A stretch of 64,000 bases of DNA, from NCBI GenBank assembly GCA_965231075.1, contig OZ246412.1, positions 463,282 to 527,281 on the forward strand, written 5' to 3'. The notes below the pieces were generated by a model that had not been told where the DNA came from, did no database searches, and saw only the letters and a list, made by a program, of their open reading frames with translations. The stretch comes from an uncultured Candidatus Saccharibacteria bacterium (GTDB taxonomy: Bacteria; Patescibacteriota; Minisyncoccia; RBG-13-40-8-A). Position numbers and translations under genes: made by a program. Shown piece after piece: positions 1-9,138 of the stretch (within the stretch, counting starts at the first letter, position 1; each line of letters begins with the position of its first letter).

Positions 1-183
1 ACAATAACCTCGTAATTCTTTTGGAACGTCTTCTGGTTTTCGAATTTCTTCTTGAAAACCCTCTGAGAAAAGGGCCATATGTGTGCCTTCGGCAATATCA
101 TGTAAAGCAAAAACTCCCACTCCAGCATTTTTTATTGTGGATGGTTTTAAAATAAACGAAAAATGATCAGTTTTATTTTTCAT
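1..183 (-). CDS. SET-domain-like protein, N-terminal part (runs off window start)
   Basis: Translated by hand from ATG at 183: MKNKTDHFSFILKPSTIKNAGVGVFALHDIAEGTHM... GxGVFAxxDIxxG is the SET N-terminal motif; GGAG upstream. Confidence 0.6.
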   Translation of the reverse strand, partial: MKNKTDHFSFILKPSTIKNAGVGVFALHDIAEGTHMALFSEGFQEEIRKPEDVPKELRGYC

Positions 184-245
184 GTCTCCATTCTAACAGA
201 AAAATCGTCTTATTGAAAGACGGCTTTACTGGGGTTATTATTTTT

Positions 246-1568
246 TTATTCCGTTAGCAATGTCAGCGTTTTGTCTTTATAAACAATTCTCGATCTTAAG
301 TTTCCGAGCAACTCTCTTTTCTCTGATACCGATCCCTCTTTTAAAATATACTTTGCGTAATTTCGTATATCCATATCTTCTCTATTTTTGACCTTATCCG
401 TGCTACCCAATACCGATCTTTGAAATATATTGAATCTTGCAATTTCATCTTCTAATTTTTGTCGCATTCCAAGTTCATTGATATTTACCCTATCCAATAT
501 CTTCAATAACTCGGCAATTAATTCTTCTTCACGAATATATTTGTTCTTACAGTTGCGATCTACACCTCGACTACAACCATAATAAATATAATGAGCTAAG
601 GTGCCATTTTTGAGCGGTTTCCATTTTTCCTCGGCTGATATGCCGGACCCGCAATAACCACACGTAAATAGCTTTGTAAAAGCGAATTCTTTGTTTTCTC
701 TAACTATCTGATCTCGTTTTAATTGCACCTTGGCTTTTTCAAACAAATCTTGAGTGATAATTGGTTCATGTTTGCCGGTATACCAATTTCCGCTTTCTTT
801 GGGATGTTCAAAAACTCCATAATAGAATGGATTATCTAATATACGATAAACTCCACTGAGCGTAAGAGGTTTATTGCCTCTTGTATAAAAATTCAATTCA
901 AATTTAAGCCAGTTATATATCTTTCTACCCGAATAATGTTCAAACGCTACTTTTTCAAACATCTTTTTAATAATCGGTGCTCGCAATGGGTCAATGATGA
1001 TCTGACACTTCTTATCCATATGTTTTTGATTCAAATATCCAAGTGGTGCCATTCCTGGCCACAATCCCATTTCTACTCTTGTTCTTAATCCTCGCTTTAC
1101 ATTAATACCCCTGTTGTCATTTTCTAATTTCGCCTGAGATCCCAAAATCATCAGCAAGAATTTCTCATTTGGATTATTACCAAATCTTTGTCCAAATGTT
1201 CGTATGTCTAAGAGGGCACCCGAATCCATTAAATCTACAATTTTTCCTAAATCGCCAGCATTCCTTGAAATACGATCCGGCGCCCAAGTGAGAATACCAT
1301 TAAATTTACCCTGTTTTAATTCTTCAATAATCTCATTGAAGACTGGCCGTTGTCCAGTTTCTTTAGCTGAGTGCGATTCTCGCTTCATTGTTACTACTTC
1401 TAAATTCTCTCTTTCAGCCAATTGAAGCATCTCTTTGATTTGGCTATCGATAGAAAGGACTTGTCGTTCCTCTGATTCTGTTGATTTCCTCGCGTAAAGA
1501 CAATATTTAATTTTCGTTGGAACTATTGTTTTGCCCGTAGTCCCCATGGGCATTTGCGCTGTATTCAT
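246..1568 (-). CDS. Large serine recombinase (resolvase + recombinase + Zn-ribbon)
   Basis: YARKS catalytic motif, DRISRN, CGYCG...YYGC zinc ribbon. Confidence 0.95.
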   Translation of the reverse strand: MNTAQMPMGTTGKTIVPTKIKYCLYARKSTESEERQVLSIDSQIKEMLQLAERENLEVVTMKRESHSAKETGQRPVFNEIIEELKQGKFNGILTWAPDRISRNAGDLGKIVDLMDSGALLDIRTFGQRFGNNPNEKFLLMILGSQAKLENDNRGINVKRGLRTRVEMGLWPGMAPLGYLNQKHMDKKCQIIIDPLRAPIIKKMFEKVAFEHYSGRKIYNWLKFELNFYTRGNKPLTLSGVYRILDNPFYYGVFEHPKESGNWYTGKHEPIITQDLFEKAKVQLKRDQIVRENKEFAFTKLFTCGYCGSGISAEEKWKPLKNGTLAHYIYYGCSRGVDRNCKNKYIREEELIAELLKILDRVNINELGMRQKLEDEIARFNIFQRSVLGSTDKVKNREDMDIRNYAKYILKEGSVSEKRELLGNLRSRIVYKDKTLTLLTE

Positions 1569-1662
1569 ATACTTAATGAATGACGCAACCTATTTCGAGA
1601 GTCAAGAGCGTCCCATGTAGGCAAACTGTCGATAAATTATCTTGTGGTATTGTCCATTATTA

Positions 1663-2955
1663 CTACATCATCGGATTATCGTAAGGGTCAAAACGTTCCT
1701 CTTCTTCCTCTTCTGTGTCGTAATCATAAAAACCTGAATCATTATTTATTTTGCTCTCAATTATAGAGGCGTAACGATGAACATCGGCAGCATGAGATGT
1801 CCAATTATGATACGGAACTTCTCTAAACATATTTTTCTTATCATCCCATTCTCGTTTATATTCCGAAATGGCATTAATCCACAACGCACAATTGTTTTCA
1901 TCAACCATTAACATATTAAACGCGAATTTACCCATCTGAATGCCTTCATCAACTCCAAGTCTAGAATCAATAACGCTAAAGGATATACCAAGATCTTTAG
2001 CATAATCAATTCTCGTTTTTCCTGTACTTGTTTCTCTGGTGTTGATATCATGAGGCGCAAAATGTTTTCCGTAATTATATTCTTTTTGTTTTACTGCCAA
2101 CACGGCCTGATCGATCCCATCATTCTCGGTCCCTTGCCAATAATCAATCATATGCAACATTGCTCCGACGCGTTGATAAAATCCGATTGCCATAGCTGGA
2201 CCCACGCCTATATCCCACACAGTATGCACTTTAAATTCTTTTCTCCAAGGAACCATGCCTATACGATTATCGTTTCTTAACATCGCCAGTTCTTCTGCAT
2301 AGACCGCACCCTTAGTCGAAGCATTAAATGAGCAATAAAGCTCTTGCATAAATTCCTCGTGCGACATTGTTCTTCTGGAATTTTCTATCTCTTTCTGGCT
2401 AATGGTTCCTGTATCATCTGCCGTAAGATGGCAAGTAAACCATTCGCTATCATTCTTGTGAGTCTCATATAATAGATAGAATTCATTTCTGCCCTTTGGC
2501 GTTCCAATCCAAATACCATATCCTCCGTTATCAATAAGCGTTGGCCGAATTACTTCAGTAAAGATATTACTCGGCTGCATGCCGTATTCATCGAATACGA
2601 CCCCGCTCAAACCAATTCCTCTTAATCGATCAGGGTTTTCTGCGCCATACAATGTTATTTTTGACCCGCCAGGAAATTCTACTGATAATTCTGATTCTTT
2701 ACATTTTACTCCTGGAAATCTCGTATATCTTTTCAAAATACTCCATCCGGCGCTTTTGGCCATCTTATAGGTTGGAGCAATATACGCATAGTTAGTGCCA
2801 GGATTTTTTATTGCACTAAATATAAGATAATTTAGGGCTGCAGTTGTTTTGCCCGCACGTCGATGCACAACAAGCACCATCCAACGTTTATCGGTCTCAT
2901 GAAATGGGATTGCCCAATTTCGTGGCCGATATAGACTTAAAGATTTTTTGTCCAT
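1663..2955 (-). CDS. Phage terminase large subunit
   Basis: Walker A HRRAGKT, Walker B VVFDEY, GTPKG motif, nuclease WDIG and SHAAD; ATG at 2955 preferred over 2988. Confidence 0.9.
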   Translation of the reverse strand: MDKKSLSLYRPRNWAIPFHETDKRWMVLVVHRRAGKTTAALNYLIFSAIKNPGTNYAYIAPTYKMAKSAGWSILKRYTRFPGVKCKESELSVEFPGGSKITLYGAENPDRLRGIGLSGVVFDEYGMQPSNIFTEVIRPTLIDNGGYGIWIGTPKGRNEFYLLYETHKNDSEWFTCHLTADDTGTISQKEIENSRRTMSHEEFMQELYCSFNASTKGAVYAEELAMLRNDNRIGMVPWRKEFKVHTVWDIGVGPAMAIGFYQRVGAMLHMIDYWQGTENDGIDQAVLAVKQKEYNYGKHFAPHDINTRETSTGKTRIDYAKDLGISFSVIDSRLGVDEGIQMGKFAFNMLMVDENNCALWINAISEYKREWDDKKNMFREVPYHNWTSHAADVHRYASIIESKINNDSGFYDYDTEEEEEERFDPYDNPMM

Positions 2956-2959
2956 AAGT

Positions 2960-3328
2960 TTAATGTTTCTGGTTATGATTAAACTCAACGTCTAGTGGCG
3001 TACTTATTTCGACCTTTGTTTTGTTATACTTCGGATGACACTTATTAAGACGATAAAGAACCGCCGGCCAGTATTTTTCTTTTATTAACAACAACAACTG
3101 ATGTTCGCTCATGTCGTTAATAAATTCATCGCCCTCAGCCATGGCATCTTCAACGGCCTTAGCAAATTCCGGATCTTCATTCCGCCACCGATAATAAGTG
3201 GCTTTTCCGACTCCAGCTTTCTCGCACGCCAACAACTGAATTGGGTATTTTCTCAGTTGCTCAAGTAAAATTTCTTTTTCTTTTACTTGTCTTGCTTTAA
3301 TTGTTTTTCGTTTTTTAGCGTTGTTCAT
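2960..3328 (-). CDS. HTH protein, putative terminase small subunit
   Basis: ACEKAGVGKATYYRW...DPEF HTH pattern, directly upstream of terminase large subunit. Confidence 0.7.
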   Translation of the reverse strand: MNNAKKRKTIKARQVKEKEILLEQLRKYPIQLLACEKAGVGKATYYRWRNEDPEFAKAVEDAMAEGDEFINDMSEHQLLLLIKEKYWPAVLYRLNKCHPKYNKTKVEISTPLDVEFNHNQKH

Positions 3329-4650
3329 ACAATTTTTTTGGCTTTTTGGCCAGTTAATTTTTCCCAGCGATATTTAATTACTTCTGTATATACTGGCGAC
3401 TTCTCCATTACATAACAACGTCGTTTCATTTTTTCGGCTGCAATTAAGGTGCTTCCCGACCCACCAAACGGTTCAACGATTAAATCATCGCGTTTGGTTA
3501 AGACTTTAATATATGGAATCAAAATCTCAATTGGCTTCGTGCCAAATACAACTCCTTGTCCGGAGTGTTTAGCATCTTCGGCGCGAAACTCGACGAAATC
3601 GCTTGGACAATATTTTTTTCCACCTTGATATTTTTCCCATTGCGGTTTGCCACTCGTTGCGTAGAGTGCTGTCTCGTATTCGTTTTGTAATAACTCTTCT
3701 TCCGGTTCAATGTTAAGTTGCTTATTTTTGGAACTTCCGACTAACGCAAAATCATATTTGTTGAAGAATTTGTATTTTGCCGAGAATCCCTGAGAACGAT
3801 TAGGCAAATGCCAAATGATCATATTCCGCACACGCCATCGTTTTTCAATTTCTGTCCAAATATGCGGAGCATTCTTCCAATACTCAAACACAATAATGCT
3901 GAAATCTTCTTTTGCAACAGTTTTTATATTCGTCATCCACTGTTCGGTAAAATTATCTGGCAATTCATCTGTTTCAAGATACCGACGATCACGTTTGTAA
4001 CCGAATCCTTTTTTTGTATTACCACGTCGCTTAATGCCCTGGAGGTATGCGAGCAAATAAGGAGGATCAGTGAACGACATATCTGCCTTTTCCCTATTCA
4101 TGAGCTTCAAGATATCTTTTTTAACAGTAGAATCTCCACACATTAAGCGGTGTGGTCCGAGCTGATACACATCGCCTTTCTTTACTTTAATCTTTTTGAT
4201 ATCCAGTTTGGCAAGTTCTTTTTCTAAATCAAACTCTTCTGCTACATCTTCGACCGCAAATATGTTGTCCAATTCTTCTGACGCAAATCCGATATCTGCC
4301 AAAAACGATTCCTTAAAATTAGTTAGCATGTCCCAGTCAAATTCTCCGGTATTTTTATTTAGTCGGATATTTAATTCTTTTTCTCTTTCAATGTCGGCAA
4401 TGTTTAAATACACAACCGGGATTTCTTTAAATTTTAATTCTTTAGCCGCCCGCAATCTCATGTGACCACCAATTACAACATTTTTTCTATTTGAAGCAAT
4501 GTTTACAATTATTGGATCAACTATTTGGAACCGCTTTATGCTTTTCTTCAGCTGTTCCATTGATTCTTTACTAATTTTTCGAGGATTATATTCGGATGGC
4601 TTAAGTTCGTTTATTGGAACATAAACGATATTTAGTTTATTATTTTGCAT
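3325..4650 (-). CDS. ParB-like N-terminal domain fused to N4/N6 DNA methyltransferase
   Basis: YNPRKI...IGGHMRL ParB-N; TDPPY motif IV and EPFGGSGST motif I (beta-class order). Confidence 0.92.
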   Translation of the reverse strand: MQNNKLNIVYVPINELKPSEYNPRKISKESMEQLKKSIKRFQIVDPIIVNIASNRKNVVIGGHMRLRAAKELKFKEIPVVYLNIADIEREKELNIRLNKNTGEFDWDMLTNFKESFLADIGFASEELDNIFAVEDVAEEFDLEKELAKLDIKKIKVKKGDVYQLGPHRLMCGDSTVKKDILKLMNREKADMSFTDPPYLLAYLQGIKRRGNTKKGFGYKRDRRYLETDELPDNFTEQWMTNIKTVAKEDFSIIVFEYWKNAPHIWTEIEKRWRVRNMIIWHLPNRSQGFSAKYKFFNKYDFALVGSSKNKQLNIEPEEELLQNEYETALYATSGKPQWEKYQGGKKYCPSDFVEFRAEDAKHSGQGVVFGTKPIEILIPYIKVLTKRDDLIVEPFGGSGSTLIAAEKMKRRCYVMEKSPVYTEVIKYRWEKLTGQKAKKIV

Positions 4651-5010
4651 GTTTTTTGGCGATTATTAATTTTTATTTTTTTATGCTGATTAATATCGAC
4701 CGTGGCCTTCAGGAGCACACATTGATCAGTAGAACGCAAAACGAGGAACGCACAAATGCGTTCCTCGTATGATTAAAATGGAAAAATCCAGAAGTTAAAC
4801 CACAAAGATACGCATTGCAACGCAATGTTTTAATGATTTAACTTCCGGATTTTTACGAGCGATCTTCACTCAAGAATGTTGGGTCACTTCTGTTGTTCTG
4901 ATCTGATTTTGTGAGCACATTCACTCACAAAGCAATAAATACTGAACTATGCGACAGAAGGTTGAATAAACCTCGAAAAGTTTTTGGATCTATTTTATTT
5001 TTAATGCTCT
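4651..5010 (-). promoter_or_regulatory. Long structured 5' leader of the methylase-terminase operon
   Basis: Hairpins at 4741-4768 and about 4782-4854 (G-U pairs only on minus strand) and 4908-4931; TTGACA on minus strand at 5039-5044. Confidence 0.5.
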
Positions 5011-5130
5011 ATTTTAATGTTAGCAAATTTTATTAAAATGTCAAGTCCAACATTATGCCTAACAGCCCATAATGAGTCAACCTGTTGGTAACTCGACTTC
5101 GCAAAGCCATTAAAATGAGATAACATGGGA

Positions 5131-5159
5131 TTGATGTAGAAATCGATTTAAGTTATAAT
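5131..5159 (+). promoter_or_regulatory. Sigma70-type promoter
   Basis: TTGATG-N17-TATAAT. Confidence 0.6.
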
Positions 5160-5188
5160 TCAATTAACAATTAAATAGCTTATAAGCA

Positions 5189-5332
5189 GATCTAAACCAT
5201 TTAGAGAAATCTGATGGCATGATCCAAAAACGTTCAACACAGAAAGCTCTTAGTCAGAGCACGTGTTGAACGTCATATCAGGAAACTGATATGGGTCCCG
5301 CAAGGGATCGCTGGCTAGGAGCTTTGTGTTTC
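5189..5332 (+). ncRNA. Candidate structured RNA (GNRA-capped hairpins plus long-range pairing)
   Basis: ccatttagaGAAAtctgatgg, acgttcaacac/gtgttgaacgt, catatcagGAAActgatatg, gtcccGCAAgggat; aaagctcttagtcag complementary to ctggctaggagcttt. Confidence 0.6.
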
Positions 5333-5364
5333 TCGCCAATAATAATTAAAATCTATACAAAAAC

Positions 5365-5844
5365 ATGGGAAAATTAACAAATAAACTTAATCTCAAAATA
5401 CCAACATTTCTAAGGTGGATATTGTTTATTCCCGTTACTTTAATAATTTATAAAATTATTACCTTCGTAGTTTATCTCGGGGTTACTTTTTTGTTTCATT
5501 TTCTGGGCACACTGCATTGGTATCTCTTAATAATAATTCTGTTTCCTGCCGTTATCCTGCTAATAATTATTGCTGGTGGTATATGGGCTTGTTTCTATCT
5601 GGGGCTATCTCTCAGTCCTAATAAATTATTGTGCTGGCTACTCTCTGCGTGGCTTATATTCTCAGCGATTTCAACTATTCATGGATACTACTCACCAATC
5701 CCGCAGCAAGGTATTGATATTTCAATGCCCTGTTGGGCATATGTGATATTGCAAGCATATATTATTATCAGCTTAATAATGGCTGCCATTGTTAGTGGAA
5801 AAAATATTTCAAATAGAGAAGATAATAAAAATCAGGTAAAATAA
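5365..5844 (+). CDS. Hypothetical integral membrane protein
   Basis: 159 aa, about 4 hydrophobic segments. Confidence 0.75.
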   Translation: MGKLTNKLNLKIPTFLRWILFIPVTLIIYKIITFVVYLGVTFLFHFLGTLHWYLLIIILFPAVILLIIIAGGIWACFYLGLSLSPNKLLCWLLSAWLIFSAISTIHGYYSPIPQQGIDISMPCWAYVILQAYIIISLIMAAIVSGKNISNREDNKNQVK

Positions 5845-5848
5845 ATCT

Positions 5849-6247
5849 ATGAAGCTTTATTTTGACATTGATGGAGTTCTTATCGCACAAGGACGGAAAC
5901 CGGCTAACTATGTAGCCGAGTTTCTTAAAATAGCAACAGAGAAGCATAATTGCTATTGGCTTACAACTCATTGCAAGGATAGCTCCGAAGCTTCAATTGC
6001 GATGGATCACATTAAAGACGTCTTGCCAGCAGAAGCTATTTCTTATTGTGAACGAATTAAACCCACAGAATGGTCTCTAAAAAAAACCGAAGCAATTGAT
6101 CTTGATTCTGATTTTCTTTGGTTTGACGATGTTTCGTTTGATTTTGAAAAAGAAGTTCTATCGCAACACAATAAATCCAGCAATTTTGTGCTGGTTGATT
6201 TGATAAATAACCCCGATCAATTAAAAGAGTTAATTAAGTTATTATAG
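5849..6247 (+). CDS. HAD-superfamily small phosphatase-like protein
   Basis: YFDIDGV motif I, LTT motif II, FDD motif IV. Confidence 0.7.
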   Translation: MKLYFDIDGVLIAQGRKPANYVAEFLKIATEKHNCYWLTTHCKDSSEASIAMDHIKDVLPAEAISYCERIKPTEWSLKKTEAIDLDSDFLWFDDVSFDFEKEVLSQHNKSSNFVLVDLINNPDQLKELIKLL

Positions 6248-6316
6248 ATTTATAAATACTTATTGACAGCAGATTTTATTTAAAATAATGTAGATACATA
6301 CAATTGAATACGTTAA

Positions 6317-6421
6317 TTATCAAGAGTGTGGCGAGAGCACTGGCTCAATGACCCACCGGCAACCCTTTAAGGCGACTCCTCAAGGAAGGTGCCAATTCCA
6401 GCTCCAAAAGGAGAAAGATAA
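6317..6421 (+). ncRNA. SAM-I (S-box) riboswitch aptamer
   Basis: TTATCAAGAG...GAGAGCACTGGCTCAATGA...CGGCAAC...AAGGTGCCAATTCCAG...GAAAGATAA matches S-box consensus; P1 TTATC/GATAA, CTGG/CCAG pseudoknot. Confidence 0.93.
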
Positions 6422-6438
6422 AAGGTCGATTTTTTATT

Positions 6439-6465
6439 ACTCTTTCTTTGTGGAAAGAGTTTTTT
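6439..6465 (+). terminator. Intrinsic terminator of the SAM-I expression platform
   Basis: actctttc-tttgtg-gaaagagt followed by T run; 5' arm can alternatively pair with aptamer 3' end gagaaaga. Confidence 0.85.
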
Positions 6466-6492
6466 AATTATTAAATTAGTAAAAATAAAAAT

Positions 6493-6906
6493 ATGGAAAG
6501 TTTTGAAGAACAATTGAAACAAGGAATTCTTTATGGATTTATTCCCAAAGAGTTACAAATAGAGGGGCGTCCGGAATTAAACGTTTTTCCATTTAACGTT
6601 CTTTTTATGCGATTTAAACAAGAAGACGGGAAAACAATTTCCGGAAGCGCAGTATATGATCCAGATTTAAATTCGTTACAACAAGGCGCAGATAAATGGT
6701 CTATGCGTTACAATAACGCTTATGGTGGCGATAGTTGGCTTATAGTCGAATATGATATTGTGAGCAGGGGTTATCATGGTAAAAAATTCGTGAATGGTAA
6801 GTGCGTCGGAATAACAGATGGCCTAGAATGGAAAGGATTTTTTATACATCTCACCATATTGGGCCTATCCAATGGTGAACAATGCAGATTTGAGACTGTC
6901 GATTAA
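6493..6906 (+). CDS. Hypothetical protein, first gene after SAM-I riboswitch
   Basis: 137 aa ORF, no recognised motif. Confidence 0.75.
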   Translation: MESFEEQLKQGILYGFIPKELQIEGRPELNVFPFNVLFMRFKQEDGKTISGSAVYDPDLNSLQQGADKWSMRYNNAYGGDSWLIVEYDIVSRGYHGKKFVNGKCVGITDGLEWKGFFIHLTILGLSNGEQCRFETVD

Positions 6907-6970
6907 ATTTCTCCAAAATCCAATTCAGGGACTGGAAAAAAGAGAAGAAAAGAGATATGATGAAGATGTA

Positions 6971-7657
6971 ATGAAATCTATAAAAAACAATAGATTTATA
7001 ATTAAATCCAAGCAGAGAATCAAGGACCATGGAGAAGTATTTACTCCTGATTTTATTGTGCAAGAAATGCTTGATTTGGTAAAAAATGAAACTGAAAGGA
7101 TTGAATCCCGATTTTTGGAACCAGCTTGTGGCGATGGAAATTTTTTAGCTCCGATACTTGAGAGAAAACTTGAAGTGGTAAAGAGCAAATATAAATCAAG
7201 CCAAGTTGAATTTGAACGGAATGCTCTTTTGGCAGTGAGTAGTATTTATGGCGTTGAATTGTTGCAAGACAACGTTGTAGCGTGTATTGAGCGACTTTAT
7301 AAAATTGTTGATGAAGTATATTCAAAATTATACAAAGAAAAGTGCAGTATTGATTTTAGAAAAAGCATTCGATTTGTATTAAACAGGAATATCTTGCAAG
7401 GCAACGCGCTTGATCTAAAAACTTCTGATGGCAAAGAGCATATAGTTTTCTCCGAATGGTCACCTGCAAATGGCAGTTCAATTAAGAGAAGAGATTTTAG
7501 ATTTTTGGCTCTATCTAATTTTTATAAACCAGGCACATTGCCACTTGATTCAGTAAAAGAACTTTCAGATACCGGCGAAACCGTATTTTCCCCAATGCCG
7601 ATAAAAGAATTTCCGTTGAAACACTATCTTAAACTTGATTATGAAGATGCAAAATAA
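6971..7657 (+). CDS. Short DNA methyltransferase-like subunit (SAM-binding motif only)
   Basis: HGEVFTP and [12 protein letters not shown] motif I; no NPPY/DPPY; ATG at 6971 preferred. Confidence 0.85.
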   Translation: MKSIKNNRFIIKSKQRIKDHGEVFTPDFIVQEMLDLVKNETERIESRFLEPACGDGNFLAPILERKLEVVKSKYKSSQVEFERNALLAVSSIYGVELLQDNVVACIERLYKIVDEVYSKLYKEKCSIDFRKSIRFVLNRNILQGNALDLKTSDGKEHIVFSEWSPANGSSIKRRDFRFLALSNFYKPGTLPLDSVKELSDTGETVFSPMPIKEFPLKHYLKLDYEDAK

Positions 7658-9137
7658 TTACAATCCGGACGTATTGTCGTGTTTAGCAAATCTTAGTAGT
7701 GATGAAGTTTTCACACCACCAAAATTAGCGAACGAAATATTAGATTTGCTTCCTCAAAAAATTTGGAAAGATAAAAACGCAACTTTTTTGGATCCGGTTT
7801 GTAAGTCGGGAGTATTCCTTCGCGAAATTGCAAGAAGATTGTTAGAGGGACTTAAAGAAGAAATCCCAGATATACAAAAACGCGTTGATCATATTTATAG
7901 GAATCAGCTTTTTGGAATAGGCATTACTGGATTGACCTCACTACTTTCTAGGCGCAGCTTGTATTGTTCAAAATCCGCTAATGGAAAATACTCTGTATCT
8001 AACACTTTTAATAATGAACAAGGTAATATTTCTTTCGAAAAGACGGAGCATGATTGGAAAAACGGAAGATGCTCTTTTTGTGGAGCTAGCCAATCAGAGT
8101 ATCAGCGTGAGAAGGGGCTCGAAACTCACGCTTATCAATTTATACATAATAAAAAACCTAATATAATAAACAATATGAAATTTGATGTAATTATAGGCAA
8201 CCCGCCTTATCAACTCGCGACAGGAGGAGCACAAGCACAAGCGACTCCCTTATATGATAAATTTGTTTTGCAGGCGAAGAAATTAAACCCACGCTTTTTA
8301 ACAATGATCATACCATCAAGATGGTTTTCAGGCGGGATGGGATTAAATGAATTTAGGGCAGAGATGTTAAAAGATACCAGAATAAGAAAATTGATTGATT
8401 ACCCAATATCATCAGAATGTTTTCCTGGTGTCGAGATTAAGGGGGGTGTATGCTATTTCCTTTGGGATAGGGAGAATAAAGGATTGTGTGAAGTTACTTC
8501 TATTAGAGGTGACAGAAAAACCATTTCTCAGAGACCCTTGTTGGAAGAGGGTCAAGACATTTTTATTAGATTTAATGAGGCATTGTCAATTTTATCTAAA
8601 GTAAAAAAACTTAAGGAAAAGTCTTTCTCCGATATCGTAAGTCCACAAAAACCTTTTGGTTTCCCAACAAATTTTAGAGGAAAAACTAAGCCATTCAAAA
8701 ACGCAGTTAAAATTTATGTCACAAAAGAAATAAATTACGTAAATAGAGAAGATATTTCTACTAATCTTGATTGGATTAATCAATATAAAATATTAATTAC
8801 CAAGGGTTATGGTGCTGGCGAAGATTACCCCCATCAGATAATTAATAAACCAATTCTAGCTGAACCAGGAAGTTGTTGTTCTGAGACTTATATTGTCTTG
8901 GGAACATTTTCAAATAAAACACAAGCTCAAAATGCAATATCCTATATAGAGACAAAATTCTTCCGATTTTTGGTGATGTTACAAAAAAACACTCAGGACG
9001 CATTGAGACGTGTTTATACTCTTGTCCCAATACAAGATTTTTCTGAATCATGGACTGACGAAAAGTTATATAAAAAATACAAATTAACAAAAGAAGAAAT
9101 TGAGTTTATTGAATCTATGATTCGTCCGATGAAATAA
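7647..9137 (+). CDS. Eco57I-like N6-adenine DNA methyltransferase
   Basis: [18 protein letters not shown] motif I, IIGNPPY motif IV, C-terminal target-recognition region. Confidence 0.92.
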   Translation: MQNNYNPDVLSCLANLSSDEVFTPPKLANEILDLLPQKIWKDKNATFLDPVCKSGVFLREIARRLLEGLKEEIPDIQKRVDHIYRNQLFGIGITGLTSLLSRRSLYCSKSANGKYSVSNTFNNEQGNISFEKTEHDWKNGRCSFCGASQSEYQREKGLETHAYQFIHNKKPNIINNMKFDVIIGNPPYQLATGGAQAQATPLYDKFVLQAKKLNPRFLTMIIPSRWFSGGMGLNEFRAEMLKDTRIRKLIDYPISSECFPGVEIKGGVCYFLWDRENKGLCEVTSIRGDRKTISQRPLLEEGQDIFIRFNEALSILSKVKKLKEKSFSDIVSPQKPFGFPTNFRGKTKPFKNAVKIYVTKEINYVNREDISTNLDWINQYKILITKGYGAGEDYPHQIINKPILAEPGSCCSETYIVLGTFSNKTQAQNAISYIETKFFRFLVMLQKNTQDALRRVYTLVPIQDFSESWTDEKLYKKYKLTKEEIEFIESMIRPMK

Positions 9138-9138
9138 T

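Noticed and set aside
5189-5224. c-di-GMP-I riboswitch or hammerhead ribozyme
   Set aside because: Resembles the GEMM P2 receptor stem, but the P1/GCAAA elements are missing; CTGATGG is not the CUGAnGA core and is base-paired
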